Part shown: piece after piece, positions 46,650 through 59,598 of the stretch
How positions within the stretch are numbered: position 1 is the first letter of the stretch
Layout: every line of letters starts with the position of its first letter
Notes under the pieces: model-generated
What the model was told of the DNA's origin: nothing
What the model saw: the letters and a program-made list of their open reading frames with translations, nothing else
The model's database searches: none
DNA from: Schmidtea polychroa
Lineage: Eukaryota
Direction: 5' to 3'
Assembly (NCBI GenBank): GCA_044892525.1
Contig: CM097886.1
Location: forward strand, 90,520,001 to 90,584,000
DNA: 64,000 nucleotides
Made by a program: the position numbers and the translations under genes

Positions 46650-47900
46650 GACACTTCTAGATATTGTAATCAGTAGCCAAAGGCGGAATGAAGAGACAGG
46701 CATCAGAATTGCTTCTACATGAAGGGGTGGAAGAGAAGATACGAGCTGCTTTCTTACTGGACCGTTCACAAAATATGCTCACCAGCAGTGGGTCGACATC
46801 GCCGAGTGCTCTCTAAAAGGTTCTCGTCGCGGTCGCAACTGGAAGGTATTTTACTAATATTAGGATAATTTAGCATGAAAACCAAACTGTATTCAAGAAG
46901 AAATATAATAGTCACACACAATGTAATTGATAAACTTTTACAAACTACATCCACCATTGATCGAAATCCGAGGTAGCGGTATAGACATAAGTGTGAGTAG
47001 TAGTCGATAGATTCCTCTGAAAATCAGACATCCTTCTCTTTATACCTATTAAACGTCATCACAGCAAGCTGGATCATTCCCTGGCAGCATCACACATATG
47101 CATGTTTTAACGGACAACTCAGGAGTCCACTAGACGCAAAACATAGAGGATAAATTTTTTCTTTGACGTTTTTTCTTATTTGTTAATTTACAGAAAACAA
47201 TGACGAATTTTGTCAAAAAGTAAAAGCCGGACTTCGATCGCGCCGACAAGATTACCCAGATTGCACTCATGCTAGAGGAGAATCGGCTTCTTTGCGCAAA
47301 GATAGATCATCTGGAGGGCACGTTGTGGTCGTCCCTCTAGATGAAAGAAAAGATCCAGCAGCTTCATAGGGTTTAGCACTCCCGAGTCAGTCTCATCACC
47401 GAGAATCGAGCGCAAAGGCCACTGGTACAAGAACAATCACAGGCCACAAAAACAAACAAGCCACTTGGGTATGGGGCTACAAAGCCGTGATCGCAGATAT
47501 TATCATCCCGGCACATAACCTTCCGTCGGATCTTCAGCTCATCGTCTACAGTCCGTCCATCTTCAGTCTAGGCAAACCAATCAGTAGTCGCGCCGGTAGT
47601 GGATCTCTGTGCACCTACTCCCGTGCCAGTAGTCGCCAAACCAAGGAGGAGAAACCTTTCCAAAGCCGAGCGAAATACAAAGAAAAATCCCCGGAAAGTC
47701 GCGTTCTGGCCCAATTACACCAAGCTATCGACCCTCCCGAGTTCAATATCGAAATGCCCGAGGAGGGCTACTTGCTGCGAGCTGGCGAAAACGAGTTCAA
47801 ACTCTATGCGTTGCTCACCGACATCTAGCGAAACGACTGGTGAGACCTGGTTTTATCGGAATCATTGGCTATCGGAATCAAACTTTGTACATAACATAAT
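46650..47900 (+). pseudogene. GC-richer decayed coding sequence, probably from a mobile element (unassigned)
   Basis: Composition shift; broken coiled-coil-like frame LMLEENRLLCAKIDHLEGTL and ORF 47487-47828; no diagnostic motif recognised. Confidence 0.3.
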
Positions 47901-48518
47901 TTTTGCTAATGTTCCTTTTGTGCTTTTTATTTTTTGCTCAATAATGAATTTGTTCGCTATGTTTTGTATTTGTCCTGAGTTAGTATAATATGGGATAATT
48001 CTGTGAACGTAAGGAAGCGGTACATAGTTCACTGAAGTAGAAGTAATCGAAAGTCGGAAGCAGGAGGATATGGCTAGGGGAACTAACAACTCTTAGGCGT
48101 AAATCCTTTTATGACTTTTTATGAAGTCACAAAGCCTCTCTCTCATTTTCTCTCAGTTTATCAAATAGTTTAACTCTCATTTAACGTTTCTTTATTTTTG
48201 TCTACTTTTTAAAAATAAATGTCTTATTTAAATGAAATTTCAAAAAAGAAAACCAAAAGCTCCTGGCCAACTGAATCATTTCGTTATTCCGAAATAATTG
48301 AATGCAATTTAATTTTACATAAATTTACCAACGCAGAATGTAAAAATTATTTTTTGGTCCTTGGAGTTAGGACTGCTCGATGCTGATGGCTGTAACAGAA
48401 TCCATAACATTTGTTAGGTTCTTATTTTAGCACTTGCACATCGCCATCAATAAATAATTTTAAATGAATTATTAATTAATTATTAATGATGAAAATTAAA
48501 TTAATTTTTATTATAAAT

Positions 48519-48690
48519 NNNNNNNNNNNNNNNNNNNNNNNNNNNNNNNNNNNNNNNNNNNNNNNNNNNNNNNNNNNNNNNNNNNNNNNNNNNNNNNNNN
48601 NNNNNNNNNNNNNNNNNNNNNNNNNNNNNNNNNNNNNNNNNNNNNNNNNNNNNNNNNNNNNNNNNNNNNNNNNNNNNNNNNNNNNNNNNN
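48519..48690. other. Assembly gap (N run)
   Basis: 172 N. Confidence 1.
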
Positions 48691-48748
48691 NAACTAACTT
48701 ATTAATTATTTAATGTAACAACAATCGATACATAAAATATACAAAAAA

Positions 48749-49650
48749 TTATTTAAAAACATTCAAAACACAAGTATTCACTGCATTTTGCACATTAATT
48801 TTCGGATTTAACCCTTTGAGGGCGACGGGCTCAACATTTTTATTCCCCCAAAGGTGCAATTTTGCCATAAAAATGAATTTCTCCTAAATTGACGTATAAT
48901 TAAAAATATGGCTATTTTGACAACTATTACAAGCTGTAGAATATATTGGTGCAAACTAGAAGTTTTTGGCATTTAGTGGACTAGAGTCGAATTTCGCCCT
49001 CAAGCCCAAAATAAAGTTGTGCGACTGTAGTCGCACGGTGTCCTCAAAGAGTTAATGACTTTATCAATAACGCCTCACAAATTACACGTTCCCAATAATT
49101 ATCGAAATTTTTTAACAAAATCTTAAAATCAGACATACCTATTTTACTCTTACAGCCCTTTTTGTGCTCACCAATATGGGTCAAAGCCTTCGGTCTATAA
49201 TGCTCTCGAGCTCGAATACAGAGATGACGGGAAGTCTCTCCAATGTATGTGGCATTACACCCATTACATGTAAACTGATAAACGAGATCGGAACACAATT
49301 CAACCGGAGTTTTAAACTTATTAATAAACATATTGCGTACTTTACATGAATTTGACACTATCCTATAGTTCAAATTTCCTAACTTCTTCCTTATCTTCCC
49401 TTTATAATCCATAAAACCTTCTGATTTTTTTAAATTAAAAATTTAAAAAATAATATATTATTTTAATTCTAATTTTTATAATTTTTAAAAGAATGAAATT
49501 TTTTTATTTAAAAATTTTTTATATAATTAATAATTAATACAATTAATAAAATAGTTTAAAAATCCTTAATTTCTATAGTTATTATATCCTACCTTATAAT
49601 GACAAGAAAACAGTCGAAATATATCGTGAAACGAATGTTTGATTGGCGCT
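48749..49650 (-). mobile_element. 5'-truncated Penelope-like element (GIY-YIG), interrupted by a piggyBac MITE
   Basis: LVYQFTCNGCNATYIGETSRHL..R.REH; removing the MITE restores KSLNPKINVQNAVNTCVLNVFK* (stop 48749); inverted pLTR-like segment GTCGAAATATAT at ~49600-49650. Confidence 0.85.
48812..49051 (+). mobile_element. piggyBac-type MITE (240 bp)
   Basis: TTAA at 48808-11 and 49052-55; near-identical to 19276-19517. Confidence 0.92.
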
Positions 49651-50223
49651 TTCTTATAATAAAAATAAAATAGTCAATATTGCATCGTTTCGAAATTTCA
49701 ACGCTTTTAAAAATACACCAATTTGTTTTATATTAAAGTGTTTTTCTTTTTTTTGTGTAAAATACCTATCTTCAATATTCACATGATTTCTCATACAAAA
49801 TGTTAATTCACTTTGCATTGTTTCAGCACCATTCAAGGTCAAATCGAGATTATTGATTTCCACGAATATTGATTTTTTAAAATTTTAATTGATTTAAAAG
49901 TGCAATTATTGATTTTTAAGTTAATATAATAATTTCCATTTCTATTTTAGTTTTTAATTTTACATTTATTTTTATACATCTAATTTTTTTTTCTACAAAT
50001 TTTACTCATTTTTGAATACTTAACAATTATCACAATAGAGAACGATTTCGTATTAAATTGAAAAAGCACCTCATTTACAATTAGAGGTGAGAGAGAGAGA
50101 ATAAATATTAATTATCAAATATAAAAGAAGGAATAAATTCAGCAATGTTATTAATTGAATTCAATTAAAATCCAAGGGATTGTAAAGGAAATATTATCCA
50201 ATTGTACACAGTATTCACAGGAT

Positions 50224-52273
50224 TTACAGAATATTATGGTTATCTATTGTCGACTGTTCACAAAACTTTAACCACTGGAAATAGAGAAATAGAGAAAGTT
50301 CTTCTTTATTTGAGATGGAATATTCTGGAGAATAATAATTAACTCTGAATGGATTATATTTCTCAATGGAGCTGATTGGCTTACAATATTGTGTGCAGCT
50401 AGTAATATTCTGTGTGTTTGTGATGGATAAATTTGATTGGTTAATAAAGGTTTTGACTATAAATTCATCATTTTGCTGCTGTTGGTGGTGATGGTGATGG
50501 TGATGGTGATTATTGGCATTGGAATCGGATAATTCTGAGAACGATAATCGTGGAGATTTGTCAATGAAATGATTGGTTGATAATGATTTGGCAGCGTTGG
50601 AAACGGATTTATTATTATTGTTTTGCTTGTTTAGATCCGATTCATTGATGAAATTGAATTTGAATAGAGATAAATCTAAATGCCTAGAAACGCAACTTGG
50701 GGAACTAGATTTCCTATGAATTCGATCTGGCACATTTGGCGTTGGATTTGGTTGGAATTTTGTGCTTTCTGTGACTGTTGAGTGATTTTCCTTTACAAAT
50801 CCAATCGATTCATTCTGGGTTGCTTGAATTTCATTGTTCAACTGTTCCATTTGGTCTTTATCGATCGAATCATAACGTTCGATTTCATGGAATCCGCTAT
50901 CGGTGCTCGATGTTCTCGTGTTCTCTTTTGATTCGTCGGGAATCGATGAGATTTCTGAGATGGGAATTTCGTTTCCAGTATTTCTGGTAGAATTCTCTAT
51001 GGTGTTATTATCGAGTTTCAGTTTCCCGTCTAATGCTGAGGCGGCAAGGGAACTCGTCTGGGCGTTGTCAGTAGCATCTAATGTTGAGGCGGCAAGGGAA
51101 CTAATTTGGGCGTTGTCAGTAGGATCTAATGCTGAGGCGGCATGGGAACTAATCTGGGTGTTGTCAGTAAGATCTAATGCCGAGACGGCAAGGGAACTCA
51201 TCTGGGCGTTGTCAGTGGCATCTAATACTGAGGAGGCAAGGAAACTCATATGGGCGTTGTCAGTAAGATCTAATGCCGAGGCGGCAAGGGAACTCGTCTG
51301 GGCGTTGTCAGTAGCATCTAATGCTGAGGCGGCAAGGGAACTAATCTGGGCGTTGTCAGTAGCATCTAATGCTGAGGCGGCAAGGGAACTAATCTGGGCG
51401 TTGTCAGTAGCATCTAATACTGATGTGGCATGGGAACTAATCTGGGCGTTGTCAGTAGCATCTAATGCTGAGGCGGCGTGGGAACTAATTTGGGCGTTGT
51501 CAGTAGGATCTAATGCTGAGGCGGCATGGGAACTAATCTGGGTGTTGTCAGTAAGATCTAATGCCGAGACGGCAAGGGAACTCATCTGGGCGTTGTCAGT
51601 GGCATCTAATACTGAGGAGGCAAGGAAACTCATCTGGGCGTTGTCAGTAAGATCTAATGCCGAGGTGGCAAGGGAACTAATCTGAGCGTTGTCAGTAGCA
51701 TCTAATGCTGTAGAATGAAAAAATGAACCCAACGAAGAATCTTCATCAAAGGCATTTTGCTTTACAGAATAGGGCGTCGAGTCAAGGACATTTAATATTG
51801 TCAAAGATTGAGTGGTTAAAATTTCTTCTTTTAAGGTATTTACATCTATATTTAATAGGTTGTCAATAATTTGGGTGTCTTGGGAGATAATCTGTCGATT
51901 ATTGGAAAGGGAGCAATGTGACAGCTCGGTTATTATTGTGCTGTTTTTAGGGGGAACATTTTTGTGAGGTTTTATACTGTTAGTTACTGCTAGGGTCGGT
52001 GGAATTTGGGTTAGTTTCGGAGGTAAATTATTTTTCACGGAATCGATTTTATGTCGTTTGGATTTTTTGGATTTTTTACGTTTTTTATATGATTTTTTGC
52101 TAATTTCATTTAGAACTTCTTTTTCCGATTTTTCCCCATTGATAAACTCTGTCAATAGATCTATTGGAAGGTTGGATAATATTTCAGGGGATAATGTGGA
52201 GAGATCGATTGGCACTATGTTCGAGCCTTTCGATGTTATTTGACAGGTTTGATTGGCATCATATTGTGATTCC
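50224..52273 (-). CDS. Large last exon of a low-complexity protein with 16-aa tandem repeats and His/Gln runs
   Basis: Frame open from a TTATTAG acceptor near 52273 to stop at 50224; Lys-rich NLS-like stretch, 14 repeats of LDATDNAQISSLAASA, poly-H/Q. No domain recognised; upstream exons not found. Confidence 0.65.
51029..51710 (-). repeat. 48-bp coding minisatellite, ~14 units with higher-order duplication
   Basis: Unit GCATCTAATGCTGAGGCGGCAAGGGAACTAATCTGGGCGTTGTCAGTA; variant units 2-5 recur as units 10-13. Confidence 0.95.
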
Positions 52274-52414
52274 TAATAAGTTTGGGGAAAAATAACTTTA
52301 AAAGTAGTTTATTTAAATTTTTAAAAGAAAACTAAAATATGAAATAAATATCAGAAATATGAAAAATAGGAAAACGACTTTCTATTAGACTGTCCGAGCG
52401 CAACGATTACTTGA

Positions 52415-52630
52415 AAAATGGATGTGTGGACTCCACCCCAATAGAGATCTTCGACTCTCACAAACTATTTTTGGTCGAATATGGGGATATCTTTTTAGGT
52501 GACCCCTCTTTTTTTGACTATCCCCATAAAAAAAATTAATTTTGTTTTAATCAGTGATTACATAATACTTGTAGCCTTGTGTAATCGCCGATTATGTAAT
52601 ATTAAAAAATTATCATTAATTACACAATAT
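52415..52630. repeat. Unassigned dispersed repeat, homologous to 11070-11320
   Basis: See 11070-11320. Confidence 0.7.
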
Positions 52631-52699
52631 TCGAATTTGTTAAATTACTGATTACATCATCAGTTATATTTTTTATAAAAATTTCAAAGACACTTGCTT

Positions 52700-52857
52700 G
52701 ATATAATATTATATCATATAATATTATATATCATATTATATCATGTTAAGCTATATCATATTATGTTATATCATATTATGTCATGTAGTATTATGTCATC
52801 TTATGTTGTGTCATTTTGTGTTATATCATGTTATGTTATATAATTTTATGTTATATT
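52700..52857 (+). repeat. Degenerate (TATCATGTTATGTTA)n satellite, left part
   Basis: Same orientation and unit as 56352-56604. Confidence 0.85.
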
Positions 52858-55800
52858 AGTAGGTAATTAGTAGCCACCTGCGGCACGACCATCTGTTACT
52901 GGGGGGGGATGTTGTTAAAGTAAATTTTTTTTGCTTTTTGGTTACGTAACTGCTGCAGAGGGCAACACTTATTTTTTCTGTGATTTTTAATAGAAAACAA
53001 GGCCATATAGAAAAAGCCTGGATTTTCTGGTTATAATGAAGGGGTCACCTTGGTCCTTGGATTTTCAATACAAAATCTGACTATCACTAAAAAAGCATAG
53101 ATTTTTCTAAGTAAATTAAGGTGGGTCTCCTTGATCCTGAGATTTTCAATACAAAATCCGATTCTCGTTAAAAAAGCATGGATAAGCAAGTATAATTTGG
53201 GTGGGTCTCTTTGGTCCTGGGATTTTCAATACAAATATCAGTCTACACTAAAAAAGCATGGTAAATTTTAAAATTAAAGTAAATTAAGGTCTAAATTTTT
53301 AAATTAAAGTAATCAATGGGCTCAGACAAGTAAAGTAAATTATGGTTAAATTTTTTAATTAAGTAATCAATGGTCTAAAATTTAAAATTAAAGTTAAGTA
53401 AGTAAATTAAAGTAATAATTTTAAATCAAAAGTGAATAACCACAAAATTTTTGATAAATGAAATTTTTAATGGAAATTTTTATGAAATAATAATAATAGT
53501 AATAATAATAATAATAGTAATAACAATAGTAATAATAATAATAATAAAACAATAAAATAATAATTTAAGCCTTTTGCAGCAAATAATGTATTTAATGAAA
53601 AGATTTTCTACTATAAGATAGTCCTTGTCAATCTCCTAAAATTTAGCAATGTTCTTCCCAAAAATACCTTTCAATCTTTCTTTTATTTCCTTTCTCTTAG
53701 TTCTCATTGGTTGTAAATATAATGAATTTTTTTATTAAAAACTTTTAAAATTTTACTGAAAATTAAAAATAAAATAAAATAAAATAAATACCATTTAAAA
53801 TTCCAAAATGGCACAAACTAAAAATTTAAAAATTTTTTTATACAGCTTCTATAATTAGCTTCTAGAAGCCTAATAAAATATTTCAAAATATTCTAAATAA
53901 AGCCTCCAATAACTACTTATATATGCTATTTAAATATTTCAATAAATTTGTCAATTTTGATTTTCAAATCCTATTTCTTAAAATTTTCTATATTATTCTA
54001 ATTATTACTTTTTAATTTATTATATATTTTTTTTAATTTCTTTATATATTGTCAGTTATTCTCAAGGTCAATGACAACAGATCAAATTCATGATTTCATT
54101 GATTTCTTTAGTGTTGATCTTTGGCTGTCTGTTTATGATGAGAATTGCTTCTTTGAATTTGACATTTTTCTTTTGGATATTTCCATTAGCTATGATTTCT
54201 ATTGAAATATTTTTTCTTTCCTCTGTTGGCTGACACTGCCGGAGATGTCTGCCCAATGAGGATGTTCCACCAGGATCTAGATGTTCTTTAACTCTTTGGT
54301 GCAAGGTCTTGAGTGTACTTCCAATGTAGATTTCATTGCATACATTGCACGTGATGCAATAGACGATGTTTTTTCTAAAGCACATATCTTTCGGTGTCTG
54401 GCAGTTTTTCATTGTGCAATTGTTTTCTCTATTTATGTTGCCTGCCAGAGCTCTTCTCAATGTCCAAGATTTATGTGCTATCCGAATTGGAAGACCGGTA
54501 CGTTTAAGTTCTTTCAGGATCTTGAAGTCGAGTATGTCACTGATGAATGGGATGTTCAGATAGAATTATTTCTTATTCTTTTGTGTTAATTCCCTAGATC
54601 TTCTTGGGGTAGAATTCATTCTTTCAATGTCCTCGCCTTGGTATCCGTTTCGGTGTAGGATTTTATTGAAATTTGATTGTTCTTTAAAGTTTTCGTTTTT
54701 TTCCGTGCATCGATTGGCTATTCTTCGTTTCTCGTTTCTTATGACATGTAATTTCTGTAAGTATGGAAGCGCTGATCTTTGGTGCATAAATATTTCTTTG
54801 CGAGCTGGTTTTCTGTAGAACCCGAATGTTGGAGTATTTGCTTCTATTTTATTTCTCAAATCCAATTAATTGAGGGATCCATCTTCTTCCGGATATTCGA
54901 TTTCGAACTTAATATCTCGGTGAGCCGCATTGAATGTATGAAATATTTCCTCCTCTTCTTTTCTGCTTTTGGTCATGATGAATATATCATCTACATATCT
55001 TGCATAGAAACCGATGGGTTGTATGGTCCTCAGTGTCTGTCGTTCGAGGTTATCAATAAAGATGATTGCTAGCAGTCCTGATATGCAAGAACCCATATAT
55101 AGACCTTTAACTTGTTTATAGATATTTTGCTCAAAGGTAAAATAGGTGTTCTCGGGGATAAGAGTAAGTAGTTTTGTGATATTCTCGATATTCATTTCCT
55201 TTATTAACAAGTTGCTTTCTCTTAATTTCTTTTATAAACATTGAATAGCTTCTTTGAATAAGAAAGGAAAAAAATATTTCAATAGAAATCATAGCTAATG
55301 GAAATATCCAAAAGAAAAATGTCAAATTCAAAGAAGCAATTCTCATCATAAACAGACAGCCAAAGATCAACACTAAAGAAATCAATGAAATCATGAATTT
55401 GATCTGTTGTCATTGACCTTGAGAATAACTGACAATATATAAAGAAATTAAAAAAAATATATAATAAATTAAAAAGTAATAATTAGAATAATATAGAAAA
55501 TTTTAAGAAATAGGATTTGAAAATCAAAATTGACAAATTTATTGAAATATTTAAATAGCATATATAAGTAGTTATTGGAGGCTTTATTTAGAATATTTTG
55601 AAATATTTTATTAGGCTTCTAGAAGCTAATTATAGAAGCTGTATAAAAAAATTTTTAAATTTTTAGTTTGTGCCATTTTGGAATTTTAAATGGTATTTAT
55701 TTTATTTTATTTTATTTTTAATTTTCAGTAAAATTTTAAAAGTTTTTAATAAAAAAATTCATTATATTTACAACCAATGAGAATTAAGAGAAAGGAAATA

Positions 55801-56351
55801 AAAGAAAGACTGAAAGGTATTTTTGGGAAGAACATTGCTAAATTTTAGGAGATTGACAAGGACTATCTTATAGTCGAATTTTTTTTCATTAAATACATTA
55901 TTTGCAGCAAAAGGCCTAAATTATCAATAATAATGATAATAATATTTCAACCAAATACTTAAACACATAAAAATTAACTAAACATATAAAAAGAACAAGA
56001 CAAAAGTAAAGATATAAAATTTATTCAATAATAATCTTCATCATCTGATAACATGACATCGTCTGTCTATAAGTTCATCAATTTCTAATTGCACATTTTC
56101 TTCATTCTTTTTTTGGTCATTATTTTTAATCCTTAATTTACCATGCTTTTTTAGTGAAGACCCCCTTTTTGTATTGTAATTCGAAGGTTCCATGGAGACC
56201 CTCTCACTATAGTCAGAAAAATCCTTGCTTGTTTCTATATGATCTTTTTTTTCTATTGAAAATCGCAGAAAAAATAAGTATAGCCCACTGCAGCAGTTAC
56301 ATAACCAAAAAGCAAAAAAATCCGCCTGCAGTTGGCTACTAACTACCTACT
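52858..56351. mobile_element. Non-autonomous long-TIR element with AG termini (possibly Polinton-derived)
   Basis: TIRs AGTAGGTA.TTAGTAGCCA... (52858-~53120 vs ~56125-56351, diverged); ~60-bp subterminal tandem repeats at 53040-53260; flanks TATATT / TATATC. Confidence 0.7.
53561..55924 (-). mobile_element. Penelope-like element (RT + GIY-YIG, frameshifted) with ~660-bp inverted arms
   Basis: RT: TYFTFEQNIYKQVKGLYMGSCIS, YARYVDDIFI; FYRKP; GIY-YIG: IVYCITCNVCNEIYIGST...RVKEH; arms 53561-54220 and 55262-55924 nearly identical; degenerate hammerhead TGACAAG-GACTAT/CTT/ATAGTC-GAA at ~55853-55880. Confidence 0.9.
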
Positions 56352-56604
56352 TATATCATTTTGTGTTATATCATGTTATGTCATCTTATGTTATGTTCTT
56401 GCATTATTCTGTTTGTTCATGTTATGTTATATTATGTTATGTTATATCATGTTATGTTATATCATGTTATGTTATATCATGTTATGTTATATCATGTTAT
56501 GTTATATCATGTTATGTTATATCATGTTATGTTATATCATGTTATGTTATATCATGTTATGTTATATCATGTTATGTTATATCATGTTATGTTATATCAT
56601 GTTA
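56352..56604 (+). repeat. (TATCATGTTATGTTA)n 15-bp satellite
   Basis: About 11-12 perfect units from ~56430. Confidence 0.97.
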
Positions 56605-58424
56605 ACAAAAGATTACAGAATGATCCCCAACAAATATATGGTCAACATCTATGTAGAGAAAAGATGAATATGTTCCTTATTTGAAAATGCTTTTATTTTT
56701 TTTTTATATGTGAAATTGAATTTGGAGCAGGGCAGGGAATTTAATTGTAAATAAATTAAATGAAAATATGTAATTAGGGAAACAAATAATTATTCTTTTT
56801 ATCATATAATGATATATTTATAAAAGTGCGAATATAAAAATATGCATTAAAAATTGTTGGCTAGAATAGAGATTGTTTGTGTAAAAACAGAGCATTAAGT
56901 CGAGTGGAACACAAAACACATTGAAAACCTCAAGTAAACACCTAATTATTGTGAGAACAAAAATAAAATATCAAAATAATAGCAAACGCAAGAAGTGCAA
57001 CAAGAAGAATAATACAAACATAACAGAAAGAAATTACAAGGTCAAAAAACAAATTCAAAAGAAAAGACCATAAAAAGAATAAAAGATAAAATTAGAACAT
57101 TTCACAAAAAGAATTGAAAATAGGAAAATATTTTTCATATTAAGTTAAATTGTTAAAAAGAGAATAAAAATATATGAAAACTCGCGAAATTTATTAAAGA
57201 GTCGCGGAAAGGAAAATTAAATAAATTATGAATTCAGGAAAATAAATCAGAGTTCACATATCATAAACCGCTGCAGCTAGATAGTTGATGCCAAAGCTGA
57301 AAACTAAAGAGATTTTTTCGATCCATCGATATAAAGTACAACATTTTGTCGTTACAAATGCCGTATAGTTTTATTTTGCCTGCCTATTGTCAATTATTTG
57401 AATGGAGGAATGTTTATGAAAGCATTTAATTCACTGCCATTAACATATAAAATTGTTTGGGTTAGTGCAAAAACCAAAAAAAAATCATATATAAAAGGAA
57501 AGCATAACGAATAATGGTAAAATCAATAAAAGTGCAAAATTAATTAAAATTTACTAAAAATCAAAAATAAATATCGGGTATGATTGAACGCCAAATTGAT
57601 AGACAAGTTCAGAAATTATAATGAAAATTTTATGAGGTGTTCACAGGCAAAGTTAATGCGAAAAAACAAAGTAATTAAAAATTAATTAATCGGTAATGGA
57701 AAGCCCGGTACGCAGTGAGACCGAGCAATAAGATGAAAGAGGAAATATTTTGAGCCCTGATCAAGAGTAAACAAAATTAAAAAACCCTTAAATATTGACT
57801 TAGGATTCCCGGGGAAATAATTAAGTGCAATTTTCTAGCATCTGAAGAATGGTAACATATGAATCATTGAAGTCAATATGGGGAAAATACGAGCTTTTGT
57901 ATACCCTTAATTTAAATTATCCCAAACTTTATTTCAAATACGGAGCTCCAATAGTATTGCTATACAATATTAAAACATCAAAAGCGGCAAACTCTTTTTA
58001 TATTTTATATTGTAACAATTAATATTATGCTAATTATAAATAACGTGAAAAATGGAAATTAGTAATTTATTAAAATATTAATTAATTAGAAAAATATGAC
58101 CGTTACATGTACTAGTTAATTAATTAATTAAAGAAATGTGACGTCACGATTTAAAAACACTGTCACTTAAAGTAATCAGGAAATCATGATCAACCAATCA
58201 TAAATCTATATCATTAATCCAATAAAAATAAATATAGGAAATTGACCAATCGAAATTATGCCCCTATATTTAACCTGTCCTGCTCATACAATAATTAAAG
58301 TGGAAGATTTTATCAATTATTTAAATTATAAACAATTGTAGAAATTACTTGGCTGACTTTTCTTGGATTTATATTTTTATTTGGATCTTTGATTTTATCA
58401 GCTAAATTTAATCTTAATCGCACT

Positions 58425-58958
58425 CTAACAGAAGAAAATATCGAAAAAACCTGTTTGTAATCGTTTCAATTTCTCATTAATGCAATATTGATTAACTTCA
58501 TCAATGCTTTGAAATTCTCTGATAGGTTTTTGAGGAAGTATTTGAAATCTATTGACAATTGGCAATTCATAAGTTAATGGAAAATTTAAACTCTTGAAAT
58601 CAGTTTTATCAACAATCCCCGAATCGAAATAGGAATCAAATTCAGACTCAGATACAGATTCTTCTTCAAAATCGCTTATCGATTCATCATAACAAAGATA
58701 ATTATTCATTGGAATTGTTTTACAATTACTTTCATCACCTGTTTGACAATCGACATCTAATTCGTTTGGAATAGTTTGTGAAAAATTATTTAATTGTCTC
58801 ACTGAAATGATTTTCAATGGATTTGGGTCTAGAATATTGTCTCCAAGTGAAAATTTTTTATTGAAACAATCATCATCACTAGATAATTCAGATGACGTAA
58901 TTGAGTCATTATTATCAGATAACAAAATTTCATAATCGAAATTTATCTTACAAACCAT
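58425..58958 (-). CDS. Acidic Ser/Asp/Glu-rich protein or exon, unknown function
   Basis: 177-aa ATG ORF in very AT-rich DNA with coding-like composition; possible GT donor near 58450. Confidence 0.5.
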   Translation of the reverse strand: MVCKINFDYEILLSDNNDSITSSELSSDDDCFNKKFSLGDNILDPNPLKIISVRQLNNFSQTIPNELDVDCQTGDESNCKTIPMNNYLCYDESISDFEEESVSESEFDSYFDSGIVDKTDFKSLNFPLTYELPIVNRFQILPQKPIREFQSIDEVNQYCINEKLKRLQTGFFDIFFC

Positions 58959-59598
58959 TTTGGCGTGAATGAGATCAAAATTTGTATTTCTTTATTTAAA
59001 AAATTCAAATTCTTATTTTATATAACATTCTTATTCTGTTACTACAGCATTGGATCGTTTAAAACATAAATTAATTAAATTTTATTTCATAATACGAATT
59101 TATAAATAAAATGTTTACAATTTCAGAATAAATTTTTTCTTTTTTTTAATTTTTATACAATTTTTTCTGTAAAAATATGTATTAATATAAATTAATTAAT
59201 CTTACCAATAGATCAAAGTAATTTATAAATGAGACTTGATTTAAATTTTTGATTTCTAATGTGACAAAATGACAGGCTAGTTTTGAGCTCATTTGGCACT
59301 CCAAAAACTTGATACCCTTTAGGATCGAAACCAGGTTTTGTAAAGAAACCCTATAATCTTATTACTGGGTGCGCCTGGGCTCTATGAGTTTGGCTTCTAT
59401 GCTTGTTCTGGTTACTGAGATGGCATCGAAATGACGAAAATTCAATTATTAGCGAAAATTATCCTTTGATTCTAAGCGTGAATAAATTTAGCCATCACAA
59501 AAATCACCAATATCACTCAAAAACTCAGGTACTGAAGTAGAAAATCCAATCCAAAATCAAAATAGGAAAGCGAAAACCGGCTTTGTGTGAGGGTTGTA

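Noticed and set aside
50903-51685. Plus-strand ORF with repeated EAARELIWALSV, reminiscent of armadillo/importin-alpha (EA.WALSN)
   Set aside because: 16-aa period does not fit ~42-aa ARM repeats; it is the antisense of the longer minus-strand exon and ends at the repeat border.
55131-55420. Apparent second GIY-YIG C-terminus / ORF 55131-55394
   Set aside because: It is the inverted arm copy of 54068-54220, not a separate gene.
56332-56684. Three ORFs (MLCYI, VMLYH, CYVIS repeats)
   Set aside because: Translations of a stop-free 15-bp satellite.
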